Assembly: GCA_951406725.2 (NCBI GenBank)
Contig: OX597821.1
Location: 82,212,001-82,276,000, forward strand
Reading direction: 5' to 3'
Origin: Octopus vulgaris
Taxonomy: Eukaryota
Length of the DNA stretch: 64,000 nt
Positions 1-12,811 of the stretch are shown piece after piece; position 1 is the first letter of the stretch; the number at the start of each line of letters is the position of its first letter. The notes under the pieces were generated by a model. The model ran no database searches, was not told where the DNA came from, and was given only the letters and a program-made list of their open reading frames with translations. The translations under genes were made by a program, and so were the position numbers.

Positions 1-1048
1 TATCTCTGTTTATTGCTAACAGAAAGTCCAAAACGATAGCTGCATTCTTTAGCAGAAAGCACCAAAACCAAATTGTACCTGAAGTGGTTCACAACTAATC
101 AGCCAAAGAATAAATGTGATGTGCAGAAGTATAAAAGCTAGCATGTGCCAAGTCTCTTAGAGTTTGGAATTTGATAAAGTAATGGAGGTCTGTTTCATGG
201 CTTAAAAGCAGTCATATGACATACAAAACCAATCAGGTTTGAAGGCACTAATTGTGATAATAATGGAAGACTGTTACAAAAGGTGGTCAAAATAATGCAC
301 TGGGGAGTATTTAAACATGCACCGTTTCCCTCACTGTATTCATTTGCTAGTGATTGTGATGGAGGCTCACAACATTGAATATTATATGATGAAAGAAGAG
401 AAAAGAAAAGAAAACAGTGGTTCCAGAAACCACTAGCAATGTTAAGTTGCCTAAGGCCACTTATTACACAAAATGAAAGATGTTACAAGAGAGATTTCTC
501 ATGAAGATCTTGTTTCTGCAATTTAAAGTTTCATCTTACTGATAAAAGAGAATAAACAAAAGAAACGTGAGCAAAGAATTATCCCAAGCTCCAGGTATCA
601 TTCTCCTTATCATTGCAGAAGTTCTCTGAATACTTTAACTTACCTTCCATAAGCTCGTATACTGAAGTGAACATTATTCATCAAGAAAGAACTCAACGTC
701 TGGTACCCCTTTCAAAGACCATTGAAAATCATTTAGCGATTCAGGGATTTACAAGAACATAAGATCAAGGATTATCCCTGATCTGTGATAGTATTGCTGA
801 TGATCCAAATTAAATCCTGATTTTTACATCTCCCATATCTCTTGCATACTTTTGGCAAAGCCTCCACTTGTTTACCAATTTGATTTCACTGTGATGGAAT
901 AACTTTTGATGAATTTACAAGGAATCATCCTGAAATATCTAATTAAGTCTGCTTGAACCACTTTCTGCTGCTTACTAAAAGGGAACTACCATACTAACAT
1001 TCCGTTTCTATAGATCTCTCGTTATGATAGTACTGTGTTCTTTCTTTC

Positions 1049-1162
1049 CACATACATACATACATACATACATACATACATACATACATACATACATACA
1101 TACATACATGCATACATATATACGTATGTACGTACATACGTACATACATACATACATACATA
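1049..1162. repeat. (TACA)n microsatellite
   Basis: Tandem CATA/TACA units read directly; explains ORFs 1008-1251. Confidence 0.95.
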
Positions 1163-1349
1163 AAGCTGAAGATAAGTGTAAAAGAGAATACCTATGCTGT
1201 TGTAATATTATTGAGATCAATTGTTTTCTGTTCTTCCAAATATTTTACTAAGAATTTTTGTTTTGGCCAAGTTTAACGTTATGCAAGGTTACATTATAAG
1301 ATTACACTATGCACACATGTATGTATATGTGATAGTGTAAACTTGGCTG

Positions 1350-1499
1350 TAATTTCCAGAACCACCATTGACACTGGCTTACACTTATTGCCCAATCCTC
1401 ATATATTGCATTAATATTCCTTGCACGTTCTGTTGCGTTGTTACCTTTATTGAACTCATAGAGCAAAATGTGCCAAATATGCTCCTTTATCACTTCCAT
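1350..1499 (-). pseudogene. mariner transposase N-terminal remnant
   Basis: MEVIKEHIWHILLYEFNKGNNATERARNINAIYEDWAISVSQCQWWFWK resembles the first HTH region of Mos1-type transposases (H.RH..LYEF..G..A.E..RNI...Y.......CQ.WF.KF); truncated, no TIR pair found. Confidence 0.8.
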
Positions 1500-1756
1500 T
1501 ATAGCCTTGAAAAAACAACTGTTAAAACTGAACTGCACTCTTCAAACCTTGCACTAAGAATAAGGTACTAGGTAAAATTATTACCTGCATTTATAGCAAG
1601 TTGATGCAGGTAGTTTGGACTCGTGTGGACTGGTTTCTGGACTGGCATAATACTCTAACATTCCTCAGCACGTGTTACTATGATAGAGAGCCCCAACCCA
1701 TCGTGTTGAAGTCTGCATTGCTACTGATTCATTTTGGGGCAAAACCAATCAGTCTT

Positions 1757-2018
1757 CACTGGCACCTGTGCCGGTGGCACGTGTAAAAAGATTTGAGCGA
1801 GGTCATTGCCAGCACCGCCTGACTGGCCCCCGTGCTGGTGGCACATAAAAAGCATCCACTACACTCTCGGAGTGGTTGGTGTTAGGAAGGGCATCAAGCT
1901 GTAGAAACTCTGCCAGATCAAGATTGGAGCCTGGTGCAGCCATCTGGTTCGTTGGTCCTCAGTCAAATCGTCCAACCCATGCTAGCATGGAAAGCGGACG
2001 TTAAACGACGATGATGAT
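1757..2018 (+). mobile_element. RTE LINE 3' UTR fragment with (GAT)n tail
   Basis: Matches the 3' UTR of the RTE copy at 23038-24610 (GGTTGG.GTTAGGAAGGGCATC...CCAACCCATGCTAGCATGGAAAGCGGACGTTAAACGACGATGATGAT). Confidence 0.85.
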
Positions 2019-3139
2019 ATATATACATACAAATGGAAAAAAAGTCAAGATATAAAATGCTAAAATAATTTTATAAAAAACATTTCAGTACCAGTTTCAG
2101 CCATTGAGACTTTTTCGACTGTAAGTATAGAAAACAACTAAATTTTGGAAAAATTAAAAGAAAAGTTTTTTTAAAAGAATATTTTCATAGTATTCAGATA
2201 CAAGGGGCATTTTCCTTGTTTCTGCCTGTCTCTGTCTCTCTTGAACATATATATATTCACATGCACACACACACACACACACATATATATTATATATGTG
2301 TGTGTGTATGTATGTATGTATGTATGTATTATGTATATATATATATATATACATACACACACAAGCACACATATACACACAGACACACAATTGTATTATG
2401 TGTGTACATGATGAAATGTAAGGTAAACATACGGATGTGTGTTTTTAGTACATATTCAGTTTTTGCCACGTCCTCTTACCCTATAACTGCAGTGTGCTTA
2501 CTCACACACACACACACACACACACACATAGCTGTGTCTTTATAAATATAATTGTTATTATATTTAATTTTCATTCCTTAGATTAGCAAAAAATTTTTTT
2601 GTTGAAGTAGCATTCTTCTCCTTAGTGATCATAAACTGACACACTCGTACCCACGTACCTGAATAACATAGATGATTGCTAACACATGGTATGGGGGGAT
2701 GGGGACCGGATGGGACCAAATGGAACCAAGCCGTAAAGCAGGGGCAGCCATGCAAATAATTCCAGAATGTAATATCAAAAGTTAGATCAGACGTAATTTA
2801 CAAAAGTTTGTCATTAAACACATTAAACATTTCAAAACATATGAAGCTATCGTGCCAAGGGCGGAGTTTTATATAAACCCCTACATCAGTCTGAACTTCT
2901 GTTACTGAAGTGACTCTGTGTGCGTGTGTGTGTGTGTGTATAAAAGACACACACGTATATATGTATAACACATGAATAAACTTGAAATAAAGAATTAGTC
3001 ATCTTCCATCTGTGTTCCCCCTCGTAGGCTTTGTTTATTTGAATAATCTCTTCATCAGTTTCTCTCTCTCTCTCTCTTTTCAATATCATGGTATGTAAGG
3101 ATGTATACACATATATAAATGTGTATGCATTCATTCTAT

Positions 3140-3239
3140 GAATATTGTATGTGTGTGTGTGTGTGTGTGGATGTGTGTGTGCCTGCGTATGTATGTATGT
3201 ATGTATCTATCTATCTATTTATCTATCTATATACCTACC

Positions 3240-3289
<50 letters not shown>

Positions 3290-3410
3290 CCTATCTATCT
3301 ATATATCTATCTATCTACATATATATATATATACATACATACAGGCACACTAAATCTAAATTGCATATCTATCTATCTATCTATCTATTTATTACCTACA
3401 TATCTATCTA

Positions 3411-3453
<43 letters not shown>

Positions 3454-3592
3454 ACGCTAAATGATGATGATGATGATATATATACACATACATATATATT
3501 TATATATAGTTATAGATATATACATATATATACACACACACATACACAAAAACACTTAATACCACACACCACCACCACCACCACCACCACCA
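3140..3592. repeat. compound microsatellite (TG)n/(TATC)n/(TA)n/(CAC)n
   Basis: Read directly. Confidence 0.9.
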
Positions 3593-4808
3593 AACAAAAA
3601 ACAAAAGCTGGCCAGTTTTAACAATTTCCTTCTCCTCTGGCAGCACACCTTCCTTACCATATTAGAACCCCTTGTTATCCATCAACTTCTGTTATTCTGT
3701 AGTTAAAAATTTTAGGGGTTTTTTTGGCGGGTGGGGAGGGGGGGGGTACGATTAGATCTTCATGGAAAAGGAATTTCAGAAATTTGTAGAAGTTCTTTAT
3801 AAAAAAAGGAAAGCTATATATAAATGGGGCAAATGTTTTTAGAATCCTTCAGCTATTTTCTTTTTGCCATTTATTCAAAGCAAGAAAACAATTGCTTGCT
3901 CAGCATTAGATAAGGTTTTGAACCTTGTGATACTTAGTTCAAATCTTCAACAAGATCATCGTCGTCCTCATTATCATCATTTAACCTCTGTTTTCCATGC
4001 TGGCATGAGTTGGACTGTCTGACAGGGTCTATTGAGCTGCAGAGCAGCACCAGACATCCATGTCAGCGTTGGCTTGGTTTCTATGACTGGAAGCCCTACC
4101 CAGTGCCAACCATTTTACAGTGTGTGCAGGGTACTCTTTTCATAACCCCAATACTTGTAAGGTCCCCAAGTGACTTGCTAGACAATGTAAAGAAAGAAAA
4201 AGACAAAAGCCACCTTGGCTAAGTGAAAGTGTAATTGAGAGAAGATGAGGTAGTTTTACGCCAAATGTTGAAGGCTCAAGCATGATAGGGGAACAAGATT
4301 AAATATTCAAAATGGCTGTAATGAATTGGCTGTTCATAAGTTTATAATCTGTCTGATTGTTATCCACAACTTTTGAGAGGAACAAATTAAAAAATATATT
4401 TATATCTACCATTATATTTTGATTTGCATGAATCAAAATGGAGATTTTTCCTGGATTAGTAAATTGTACCTGACCAGATTTGAAACAGAAACCTTTTTTT
4501 TTCTAAACTGAAGGTAATCATGCTCTTATCCACTGAGGCACAATTACTTGCTATAATGTTATAATGGAGGCAACTGAATGCAGATCAGTGACCAGGTTCT
4601 TATACTTGAAAGGTTGTACACCAATGATGAGATGAAAGAAGTTTATGATGATGATGCACTGGCATCACCGGCTCAAATGTGGTTGGACATCAGTAGAAAC
4701 TGCTCCATGTTTGTGGAGTGCTCAGCCACTTACGCATTAATTTCACAAGCAAGCTGTTCCGTTGATCGTATCAGCTGGGACCCTCGTCGTTGCAACTGAT
4801 GGAGTGCT

Positions 4809-4840
<32 letters not shown>

Positions 4841-4844
<4 letters not shown>

Positions 4845-5006
4845 GTTGGCCAAAAATTTGTTCATTTTTTTAGGCAACAACCTATCTCATTGCAAGTTTA
4901 TGTTGAACTATTGAAGTGTCAAGTATCTAAGAAGTGTGCATGCACAAAGCACAGCGGAAAATTAGCTACTTATTAAAGTGCTTGAAATCTAGTGTCAACA
5001 ACCCAA
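4841..5006. mobile_element. short mariner-type deletion derivative (MITE-like)
   Basis: Starts TA|TTGGGTTG and ends CAACCCAA|TA; same terminal 8-mer as the mariner at 8813; sits at the end of a (TA)n tract. Confidence 0.55.
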
Positions 5007-5089
5007 TATGTGTTTGTGAGAATGTGTGTGTGCATTTGTGTGTGTGTTTGCAAGTGTATCTTTGTGTTTGCTCCCCATCCCCACAACTT

Positions 5090-5340
5090 GGAGGCGTATG
5101 GCTTAGTGGTTAGAGTGTTGGATTCATGATCATAAGGCTGTTTTGATTCCTGGTTCAGACAATGCGGTGTGTTCTTGAGCAAAACACATCATTTCATGTT
5201 GCTCTGGTCCACTTTGCTTGCAAAAATGAGTTATCCTGTGACAGACTGGAGTCCCATCCTGGTGAGGAGTCTATACGCCATGGAAACCAGGAAACCAGCC
5301 CTAATGAGTTGATATGATTCAAGAAGGTGGCTTTAGTTTT
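5090..5340 (+). mobile_element. tRNA-derived SINE (head 1 + tail C), nested in the 3' half of a family-A SINE
   Basis: A box TGGCTTAGTGG, degenerate B box, TTGAGCAAAACAC central block, tail GACTGG..TCCCATCC...GGAAACCAGGAAACC; family-A sequence lies on both sides (about 5010-5089 and 5350-5545). Confidence 0.75.
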
Positions 5341-5661
5341 TATTTAACATGTGATGACCAGTGTTTGTTAGTTTACATCCCTGTAACTTAACAGTTTCAA
5401 CAAAAGTGACCAACACAATGAGGACCAGACTTAAAAACATGGAAATACTGAGGTTGTGTTGTTTAACTAAACCCTTCAAGGTTTTGCCCCAGCATGGCTG
5501 TTACCCAATGACTGAAACAAGTAAAACATCAATGATATAAGATAAACTCTTTGTCCACTAGCATAGTTAGAATGTGTACCACCCAGGGTGGCCCTTCAGC
5601 TTACCACCCCCGGGCTCACCACAGAAATTACATATTGCCTATAGCAGACCCAAAGTGGTGC

Positions 5662-5736
5662 TGCCCCCATAAACATACCAACATCAGTTGTCAAACAATG
5701 GTGGGGAGACAAGCACAGACACACAAATACATACAT

Positions 5737-5797
<61 letters not shown>

Positions 5798-5960
5798 CGA
5801 TGGGCTTCTTTCAGTTTCCATCTGCCAAATCCATTCACAAGGCTTTGGTTGACCTCAGGCTATAGTAGAAGACACTTGCTCAAAATTCCAGGCAGTGGGA
5901 CTGAACCCAGAACCATGCAGTTGGTAAGCAAGCTTCTTACCATTCAGTCATGCTTGTGCC
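5662..5960 (-). mobile_element. SINE family A, partial
   Basis: Reverse complement of the family-A head (GGTTCAGTCCCACTG...GAGCAAGTGTCTTCTACTATAGCC) plus internal microsatellite. Confidence 0.8.
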
Positions 5961-6996
5961 TTGCTGATTTTATTTACAGAGATGTTGTTATTTTTCTTCA
6001 CAGATTTTTGTTATTCCTATTCAAATATTTAATAAAATAAATCAAATTTACTAATGCTTTATTTGTTTATTTTATGCCTATTTTTCCATGCTAACAGGGG
6101 TGAAAAGGATGCAAATTATTGAAGCATTGTTTTTACAGCAGGATGCCATTCCAGTCCCTAACTCATACCAGCCTTTCAAGTAAGAGAGTGATAGAGTGAT
6201 CATTCTTGTCATCTTTGAAAACACAGAGCTAGGGCATGAATTGTTGACAGAAAAATATCAACAAATATCTCTGACAATGGTTCAGAGTTTCTTCATACAA
6301 AGCACAGGGTTTAAACTACAAAGCATTCAATAGACTCATGCATATATAAACGAACACACACACACAGATACATGTATACACAACAGACTTTATACTTCTC
6401 CACTCTACCAAATTCACTCACAAAGTATTGGTCAGCTTGGAGCTCTAGTAGAACTTATATTCTTATATATATACTATATTCTTATGTATGAACATTCTTA
6501 TAGTTTTATTCTTAAAACTTCTCTCAAACCCAGGAACAAGGTTCCGTCATTGGAATTTAGCCATCAACCGCGTAGTCATGTTGGTACGTAAATATCTGAA
6601 TATGCATATGTAAGTATGTGAGTGTATATTCATATGCATTGTATGCATGAATCTATTTTCCACTTTAGAGATCTATATCTGTGTGGGTACATACAACATA
6701 TATGCATATATATATATGCATGTATATTCTATTCTTGGAGTTTTCAGATTTATTTTGTCTAGATGCCTTCTAACTGACAGTTATAGAGAATTGATTAAGA
6801 AAATAAACAACTATTATAAATGTATGTATGTGTATATGTGTGCATAACAATGCATAGCATGGCAACAATGATAGCTATAATGAATTAAAGAACTTAAGAT
6901 GAATGTGTGTGTGTATATATGTATATGCATGGATGGAAGTGTGTATATATGTATGAATGGAAATGTATGTGTGTGTGTAAGTGCTTGTGTATATAT

Positions 6997-7400
6997 GGAG
7001 TGACTGTGTGGTAAGTAGCTTGCTTACCAACCACATGGTTTTGGGTTCAGTACCACTGTGTAGCACCTTGGGCAAGTGTCTTCTACTATAGCCTCGGGTC
7101 CACCAAAGCCTTGTGGGTAGATTTGGTAGACGGAAACTGAAAGAAGCCTATCATATATATACATATATATATATGTGTGTGTGTGTATGTGTGTATGTTT
7201 GTCCCCTCCCACATTGCTTGACAACTGATGCTGGGGTGTTTATGCTACTGTAACTTAGCGGTTTGGCAAAACAGACTGATAAAATAAGTACTAGGCTTAC
7301 AAAGAATAAGTCCTGGGGTCGATTTGCTCAACTAAAGGCTGTGCTCCAGCATGGCCATGGTCAAATGACTGAAACAAGTAAAAGAATAAAAGAATAAAGA
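6997..7400 (+). mobile_element. SINE family A, full length
   Basis: tRNA-like head, CACCTTGGGCAAGTGTCTT block, internal (TA)n/(TG)n, 3' tail ending TGACTGAAACAAGTAAAAGAATAAAAGAAT; many copies in the window. Confidence 0.9.
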
Positions 7401-8149
7401 ATGCATGTGTATGTGTGTGCATGTGTGTGTGTGTGTATAAAGATATATTCACATGCACATATATAAATATATATATATGTCTGCCTTGTCAGTCATAAAG
7501 ATAACACTTCTGTGGCTATAGAGTTATCTTAACACTTATTTCTAGCAACGCTGGTGCTGATTAGTGCCCTTTGCCACTTTAGTGATGTATATGTTTCTGC
7601 CTTTATGCTATATGCATATATCTATATATCTATCTATATATACATATGTATGTATGTATGTATCAATCTATCTATCTATTTATGTATGCATGCATGTATA
7701 TATGTGTATATGTACAGACCCCAGTTGAACCGTCCAACCCATGCTAGCATGGAAAGCGGACGCTAAATGATGATGATGATGATGATGATGATGATGTATT
7801 TAGACATGCATGTAAGTTCTTTTTTCTTAATTCTTTGAATTCGTTTTGTAAATAAGGTCCTATCAATTTTCAATGGAATTTAGACATAAAAAATAACTAT
7901 ATACAGTTACACATTGAATTTTAAAAATGTCTTGCATATTTTCACTGCATTGCTTATATAGATTGACTGCGCAGATAATATTTTCAAAGAGATCCTTACC
8001 TAAACTTTTAATAAACATGACCAAATTCATAATCTGAGTACAGAAGATAGATATTTTGAAGTAGCTGTTTACAAATATTTTCTTTTGTGTGCAATTTTCA
8101 CATCCATTAAACCACTGGTACCATATCAGTAAGAAGTATTGCCATAAGT

Positions 8150-8392
8150 CCTAGACTCTCAGGGTCAGTTACCTGGTTTCCATGGGGGATAAGTAACTGA
8201 AACCACACTCTTCCTACTGAATGGGGTGCCAGTTCATCATAAGGGTACTCTTCCACAGCTGAGTGGACTGAAGCAACAGGAAATGAAGTGTTTTATTCAA
8301 GAACACAGTGCATCACGAAGACTTGGAATCAAAATTATGACCCGGTAATCACGAGTGAAAAACCCCAATCACTAAACCCATGTCCTTTCACA
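8150..8392 (-). mobile_element. SINE (head 1 + tail C), diverged
   Basis: Reverse-complement similarity to 5090-5340. Confidence 0.6.
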
Positions 8393-8812
8393 TTACCATG
8401 GCTGTATATCATTGTTATTTCATACCTGACACACTATGTCACTTAAATTTATTTTAGTTCTTCTGATTTATATTCAGTTGTGCATAAAAACAAATATTAT
8501 CTAATTAATGACGTGCCACCAAAAGCAATAATGTGAAAATTAGGCCATTCACTATGGTGCTAGCCTAATCCATGGCTGCTTTATATAACAACTGATTTAT
8601 GCTGTTGATTGGGAAAGGAATCTAGGTACATCTTCTCTGAGGAGGGCTTATCAAACCCTGAAACAGTCCATCAGGAGACTCCCTACATCTTCTTTTTCTA
8701 CACATCAACAGTATAAAAATATTGTGTTTATATTCTTAATTCACACTGGCTTTGTAACATTTAGATTTATTTCAGCTCTTTTAACTATGTCATATTGTGC
8801 ATGAAATATATA

Positions 8813-9369
8813 TTGGGTTGTCCGGAAAGTTCGTGCCAATTTTTAAAGGAAAGAAAAAGGTCGATAAATACTTGCCATTACATTTTTAATTAACCAAATA
8901 TGAACGATTTTCTTGCACAATGCATCTCCATCTTTCCTTTAACTTGAAAATACTCTCTTCCCAGAATTGAGGTGGTTTCATGGCATAGAATTCATCAAGG
9001 TATCTTTTTACGTCATCCAAGGAATTGAAATTTTTACCATTAACACTATTCTGCAGAGACCTGAATAAGTGGAAATCCAAAGGAGCAATATCCGGTGAAT
9101 ATGGAGGGTAAGGTAACACATCCCAGCCAAGCTGCAGCAATTTTTGTCTGGTTCCCAAAGCATCAAATGAACTTTCTTATCTTCCATTTTAAAGGGTTAC
9201 AGAATTAACACAGATTATAGGAACATAAACCTTCTTCCACGCAAAGATAGCTTAAATGGTGCTCTAAATGGAGGTGTAGTCAAATCCTATTTTATGGACT
9301 CATCCATGTTCTAAAATAAGTCGAAAGGTAAGCTACTATAAATAAGCATGAACTTTCCGGACAACCGAA
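8813..9369 (-). mobile_element. mariner internal-deletion derivative, 557 bp
   Basis: About 30-bp TIRs (TTGGGTTGTCCGGAAAGTTCGTGC.. / ..GCATGAACTTTCCGGACAACCGAA) flanked by TA; ATG at 9187 (MEDKKVH) joined to a C-terminal block with LGWDVLPYPPYSPDIAPLDFHLF (8886-9158). Confidence 0.95.
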
Positions 9370-9544
9370 TATAACTTTAAAATATTACTTAAACAACAAC
9401 ACAATTCAGAAGGCAAGTTATTAGTGTGGCCTTGCTTGTTGGACAGATCCATAACAAAAGCCCTCCGTCCATACCATTCATATGTTTGTATACCAAAAAC
9501 AAACGAAAGTGGTACTCAGCACATTTGATAGAAGTTACACATAT

Positions 9545-9757
9545 TGGTTTCAAATTTTGGCACAAGGCCAGCAATTTTGGGGGCGAGTGGAAGTCAATTG
9601 CCTCAACCTCAGGGCTCAACTGGTACTTATTTCATCAATCTCAAAAGGATGAAAGCAAAGTCGACCTCAGTGGAATTTCAGCTCAGACTGTGAAGATGGC
9701 TGAAATGCTACAATGCATTTTGTCCAGCACACTGACGATTCTGCAAGCTCACCATCT
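9545..9757 (-). mobile_element. SINE family F
   Basis: Reverse complement of GGTGAGCTTGCAGAATCGT...GAGGTCGACTTTGCTTTCATCCTTT...GATGAAATAAGTACCAG...GGCCTTGTGCCAAAATTTGAAACC; other copies at about 19572, 20168 and 50990. Confidence 0.75.
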
Positions 9758-10319
9758 TACCATAGCAAAATATTATCTAACCCGGAATCAGGTGTGTGTG
9801 AATAACAGAATATATCCATAGAGTTTAGCCATATAAAGACAGACCTAAATACCTTGTCTTTATCTGCAATGTCTTTGTGTACAGACAAAAGACAGATTAG
9901 CTAAGATGAGTCCCAATTCTGTAGAGGCTAAAATCTTTAGATATATTCTGTAATATTTCAATGGAGCAAATTTCTGCTGACTCACCAGTAATTTATGAAT
10001 CAAACTAACTACCAAGAATGTGTTACATATGCAAATTGGTCTGATTTACTTCAGTTTTTAGTAATAATGGGTTTGTTAGCAGTGACTCTCCTTTTACCAG
10101 TAATTGGTTGGTACGTGTGCCTCTGTAAGTAAGTAATTGAATGCATGGACGTATATTTTTGATTGCATAGTTATGCTAATCTATGAATCCAAATATCTGA
10201 ATGTAAATGCATGTGTGTGTGCATGTGTGCATGTATGTCTATTATCACACACATGTATATACATATACACACACACACATATATATATATATGTATGTAT
10301 ATGTATACATATGTTGATA

Positions 10320-10737
10320 TTCTTTAATTCTTTTATTTGTTTCAGTCATTTGACTGTGGCCATACTGGAGCACAGTCTTTAGTCAAACAAATCGACCACC
10401 AGACAAAGAATCTTTGTAAGCCTAGTACTTATTCTAACAGTCTCTTCTGCCAAACCGTTAAGTTACTGGGACATAAACACACCAACATTGGTTTTTGAGT
10501 AATGGAGGGGTTGACAAAGACAGACACACAAACATACATACACGCACACACACACACACACAAAAATATATATACAACGGGCTTCTTTCAGTTTCCATCT
10601 ACCAAACCCACTCACAAGGCTTTGGTCGGCCCAAGGCTATAGGAGAAGACACTTGCCCAAGGTGTCATGCAGTGGGATTGAACCCAGAACTATGTGGTTG
10701 GTAAGCAAGCTATTTACCACGCAGCCACTTCTGTGCT
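10320..10737 (-). mobile_element. SINE family A, full length
   Basis: Collinear with the reverse complement of 6997-7400. Confidence 0.9.
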
Positions 10738-10855
10738 CGATATATACAGATATAGATATATGTGTATGTATGTATGTATATATGTATGTATGTATGTAAA
10801 TGCATATTACACATATTATATATACATGCACACACACACACACATATTGTATTAC

Positions 10856-10894
<39 letters not shown>

Positions 10895-11414
10895 ATTGAT
10901 GTGTCTGAATGTACAGTATACATTTATTTGTCTACAACATCAAATAAACTACAGCCGTGGTGTGATTGCAGAGTTATAATTGGTGTTGATTAGTCAGAAA
11001 AATCACGTGCCGATTCATGTATTTTTTCCACTCAGTGATAAATGACAAACATTTTTACACATTGATATTCCAAGTTCTGGCCTATGGATGTCATAAAACA
11101 CAAACTAAAACAGAGATGAACAGTTTCAAATCTATTTCAGTGTAAGTCGACTGTGGAACAATAACAGTAAAGTAATTTAAATCCATTGACAATTGATTCA
11201 AGTTGATGCCATCTCAAGGAATGGGCTAAATGGATGGTTGCTCAGGGATTCATTGGACTTAGGAACCCTTAATCTATGTATACTGTGCTTGTGTAAGTAA
11301 AGACCCAATAATGCTTCTAAAATATAGTGGTGCTGCACAAATTCTGAAAATATATTTGATGTGGCTGTGTTAGCTTTGGATTATAAGACTGATGTACCAC
11401 CTACTGCACTACCA

Positions 11415-11576
11415 AGGCTGTGTGGTGAGAAGCTTGCTTCCCGGCCACATGGTTCCAGGTTCAGTTCCACTGAATGGCACCTTTATCAAATGTTTTCTAC
11501 TTTAGCCTTAGGCTGACCAAAGCCTTGTGAGTGGATTTGGCAGACGGAAACCCATCGTATTTGTGTGCGTGTGTGT

Positions 11577-11617
<41 letters not shown>

Positions 11618-11816
11618 TGTGTTTGTCCCCCAGCACTGTTTGACAACCACTGATGGTATATCTACATACATGTAACTTAGTGGTTCAGCAAAAGAGACCA
11701 ATAGAATAAGTACTAGGCTTAAAAAATAAGTATTGGAGTTAATTCATTCAACTAATTCAAGGTGGTGCCCCAGCATGGCCACAATCTAATGAGCGAAATA
11801 AGTAAAAGATAAAAGA
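11415..11816 (+). mobile_element. SINE family A
   Basis: Head, internal (TG)n and tail all present; followed by a second head fragment at about 11817-11896. Confidence 0.85.
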
Positions 11817-11940
11817 TGGCTGTGTGCTTAAGAAGCTCACTTTGCAACTATATGCTTTTGGGTTCAGTCCCACTGCTCAGCAGCTTGGGCCAAGGTGCTC
11901 TAAAGTTGTCTTGGTCCTCCAAAGATGTCTTGCTGCATTA

Positions 11941-12341
11941 CTCTTTTACTCTTTTAATCTTTTACTTGTTTCAGTCATTTGACTGTGACCATGCTGGAGC
12001 ACCACCTTTAGTCAAGCAAATCGACCCCAGGACTTATTCTTTGTAAGCCTAGTACTTATTCTATCGGTCTCTTTTGCCGAACAGCTAAGTTACAGGGACG
12101 TAAACACACCAGCATCGGTTGTCAAGCGATGTTGGGGGGACAAACACAGACACATACATATACATATATACATATATATATGATGGGCTTCTTTTCACTT
12201 TCCGTCTACCAAATCCACTCACAAGGCTTTGGTCGGCCTGAGGCTATAGTAGGAAACACTTGCCCAAGGTGTCACACAGTGGGACTGAACCCAGAACCAT
12301 GTGGCTAGTAAGCAAGCTACTTACCACACAGCCACTCCTGC
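11941..12341 (-). mobile_element. SINE family A, full length with TSD
   Basis: Full family-A structure; GCATTA direct repeat at 11935-11940 and 12342-12347. Confidence 0.92.
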
Positions 12342-12653
12342 GCATTAGTTGACCTTCCTTTATTTGGCAGTAAATTTTGGTCTGAAAAATTTGACTTGTA
12401 TGTCAGAAAAGATGGTATAGGTGAAGTGCATATGCTAATGGGCTAAACACTTGTGAGCCTGAGATACCTGATGATACGGAAAAGTTTCCAGGATTGCAAT
12501 GAATCTAGAAGAGTAAATCCTGCAGATTCTGCATGGGGTAAAGCATCTCTGATGTTTATTTCACCTTATTTTTACTTCATTTTTCAGCTGATCTAAAGAG
12601 GATGATTGCTGGAGGAGGTTGTAGAAAAAAATTTGGAGAAATGGGACATATAT

Positions 12654-12811
12654 GGGCGCAGGAGTGGCTGTGTGGTAAGTAGCTTGCTAACCAACCACAT
12701 GGTTCCGGGTTCAGTCCCACTGCGTGGCATGGGTCGATTTGCTCGAATAAAGGCGGTGCTCCAGCATGGCTGCAGTCAAATGACTGAAACAAGTAAAAGA
12801 GTAAAAGAGAG
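12654..12811 (+). mobile_element. SINE family A with large internal deletion
   Basis: Head (..CCCACTGCGTGGCA) fused directly to tail (TGGGTCGATTTGCTCG..). Confidence 0.85.

Noticed and set aside
200-480. Possible decayed LINE coding sequence
   Set aside because: Only a vague W.EYF-like resemblance, with no consistent frame.
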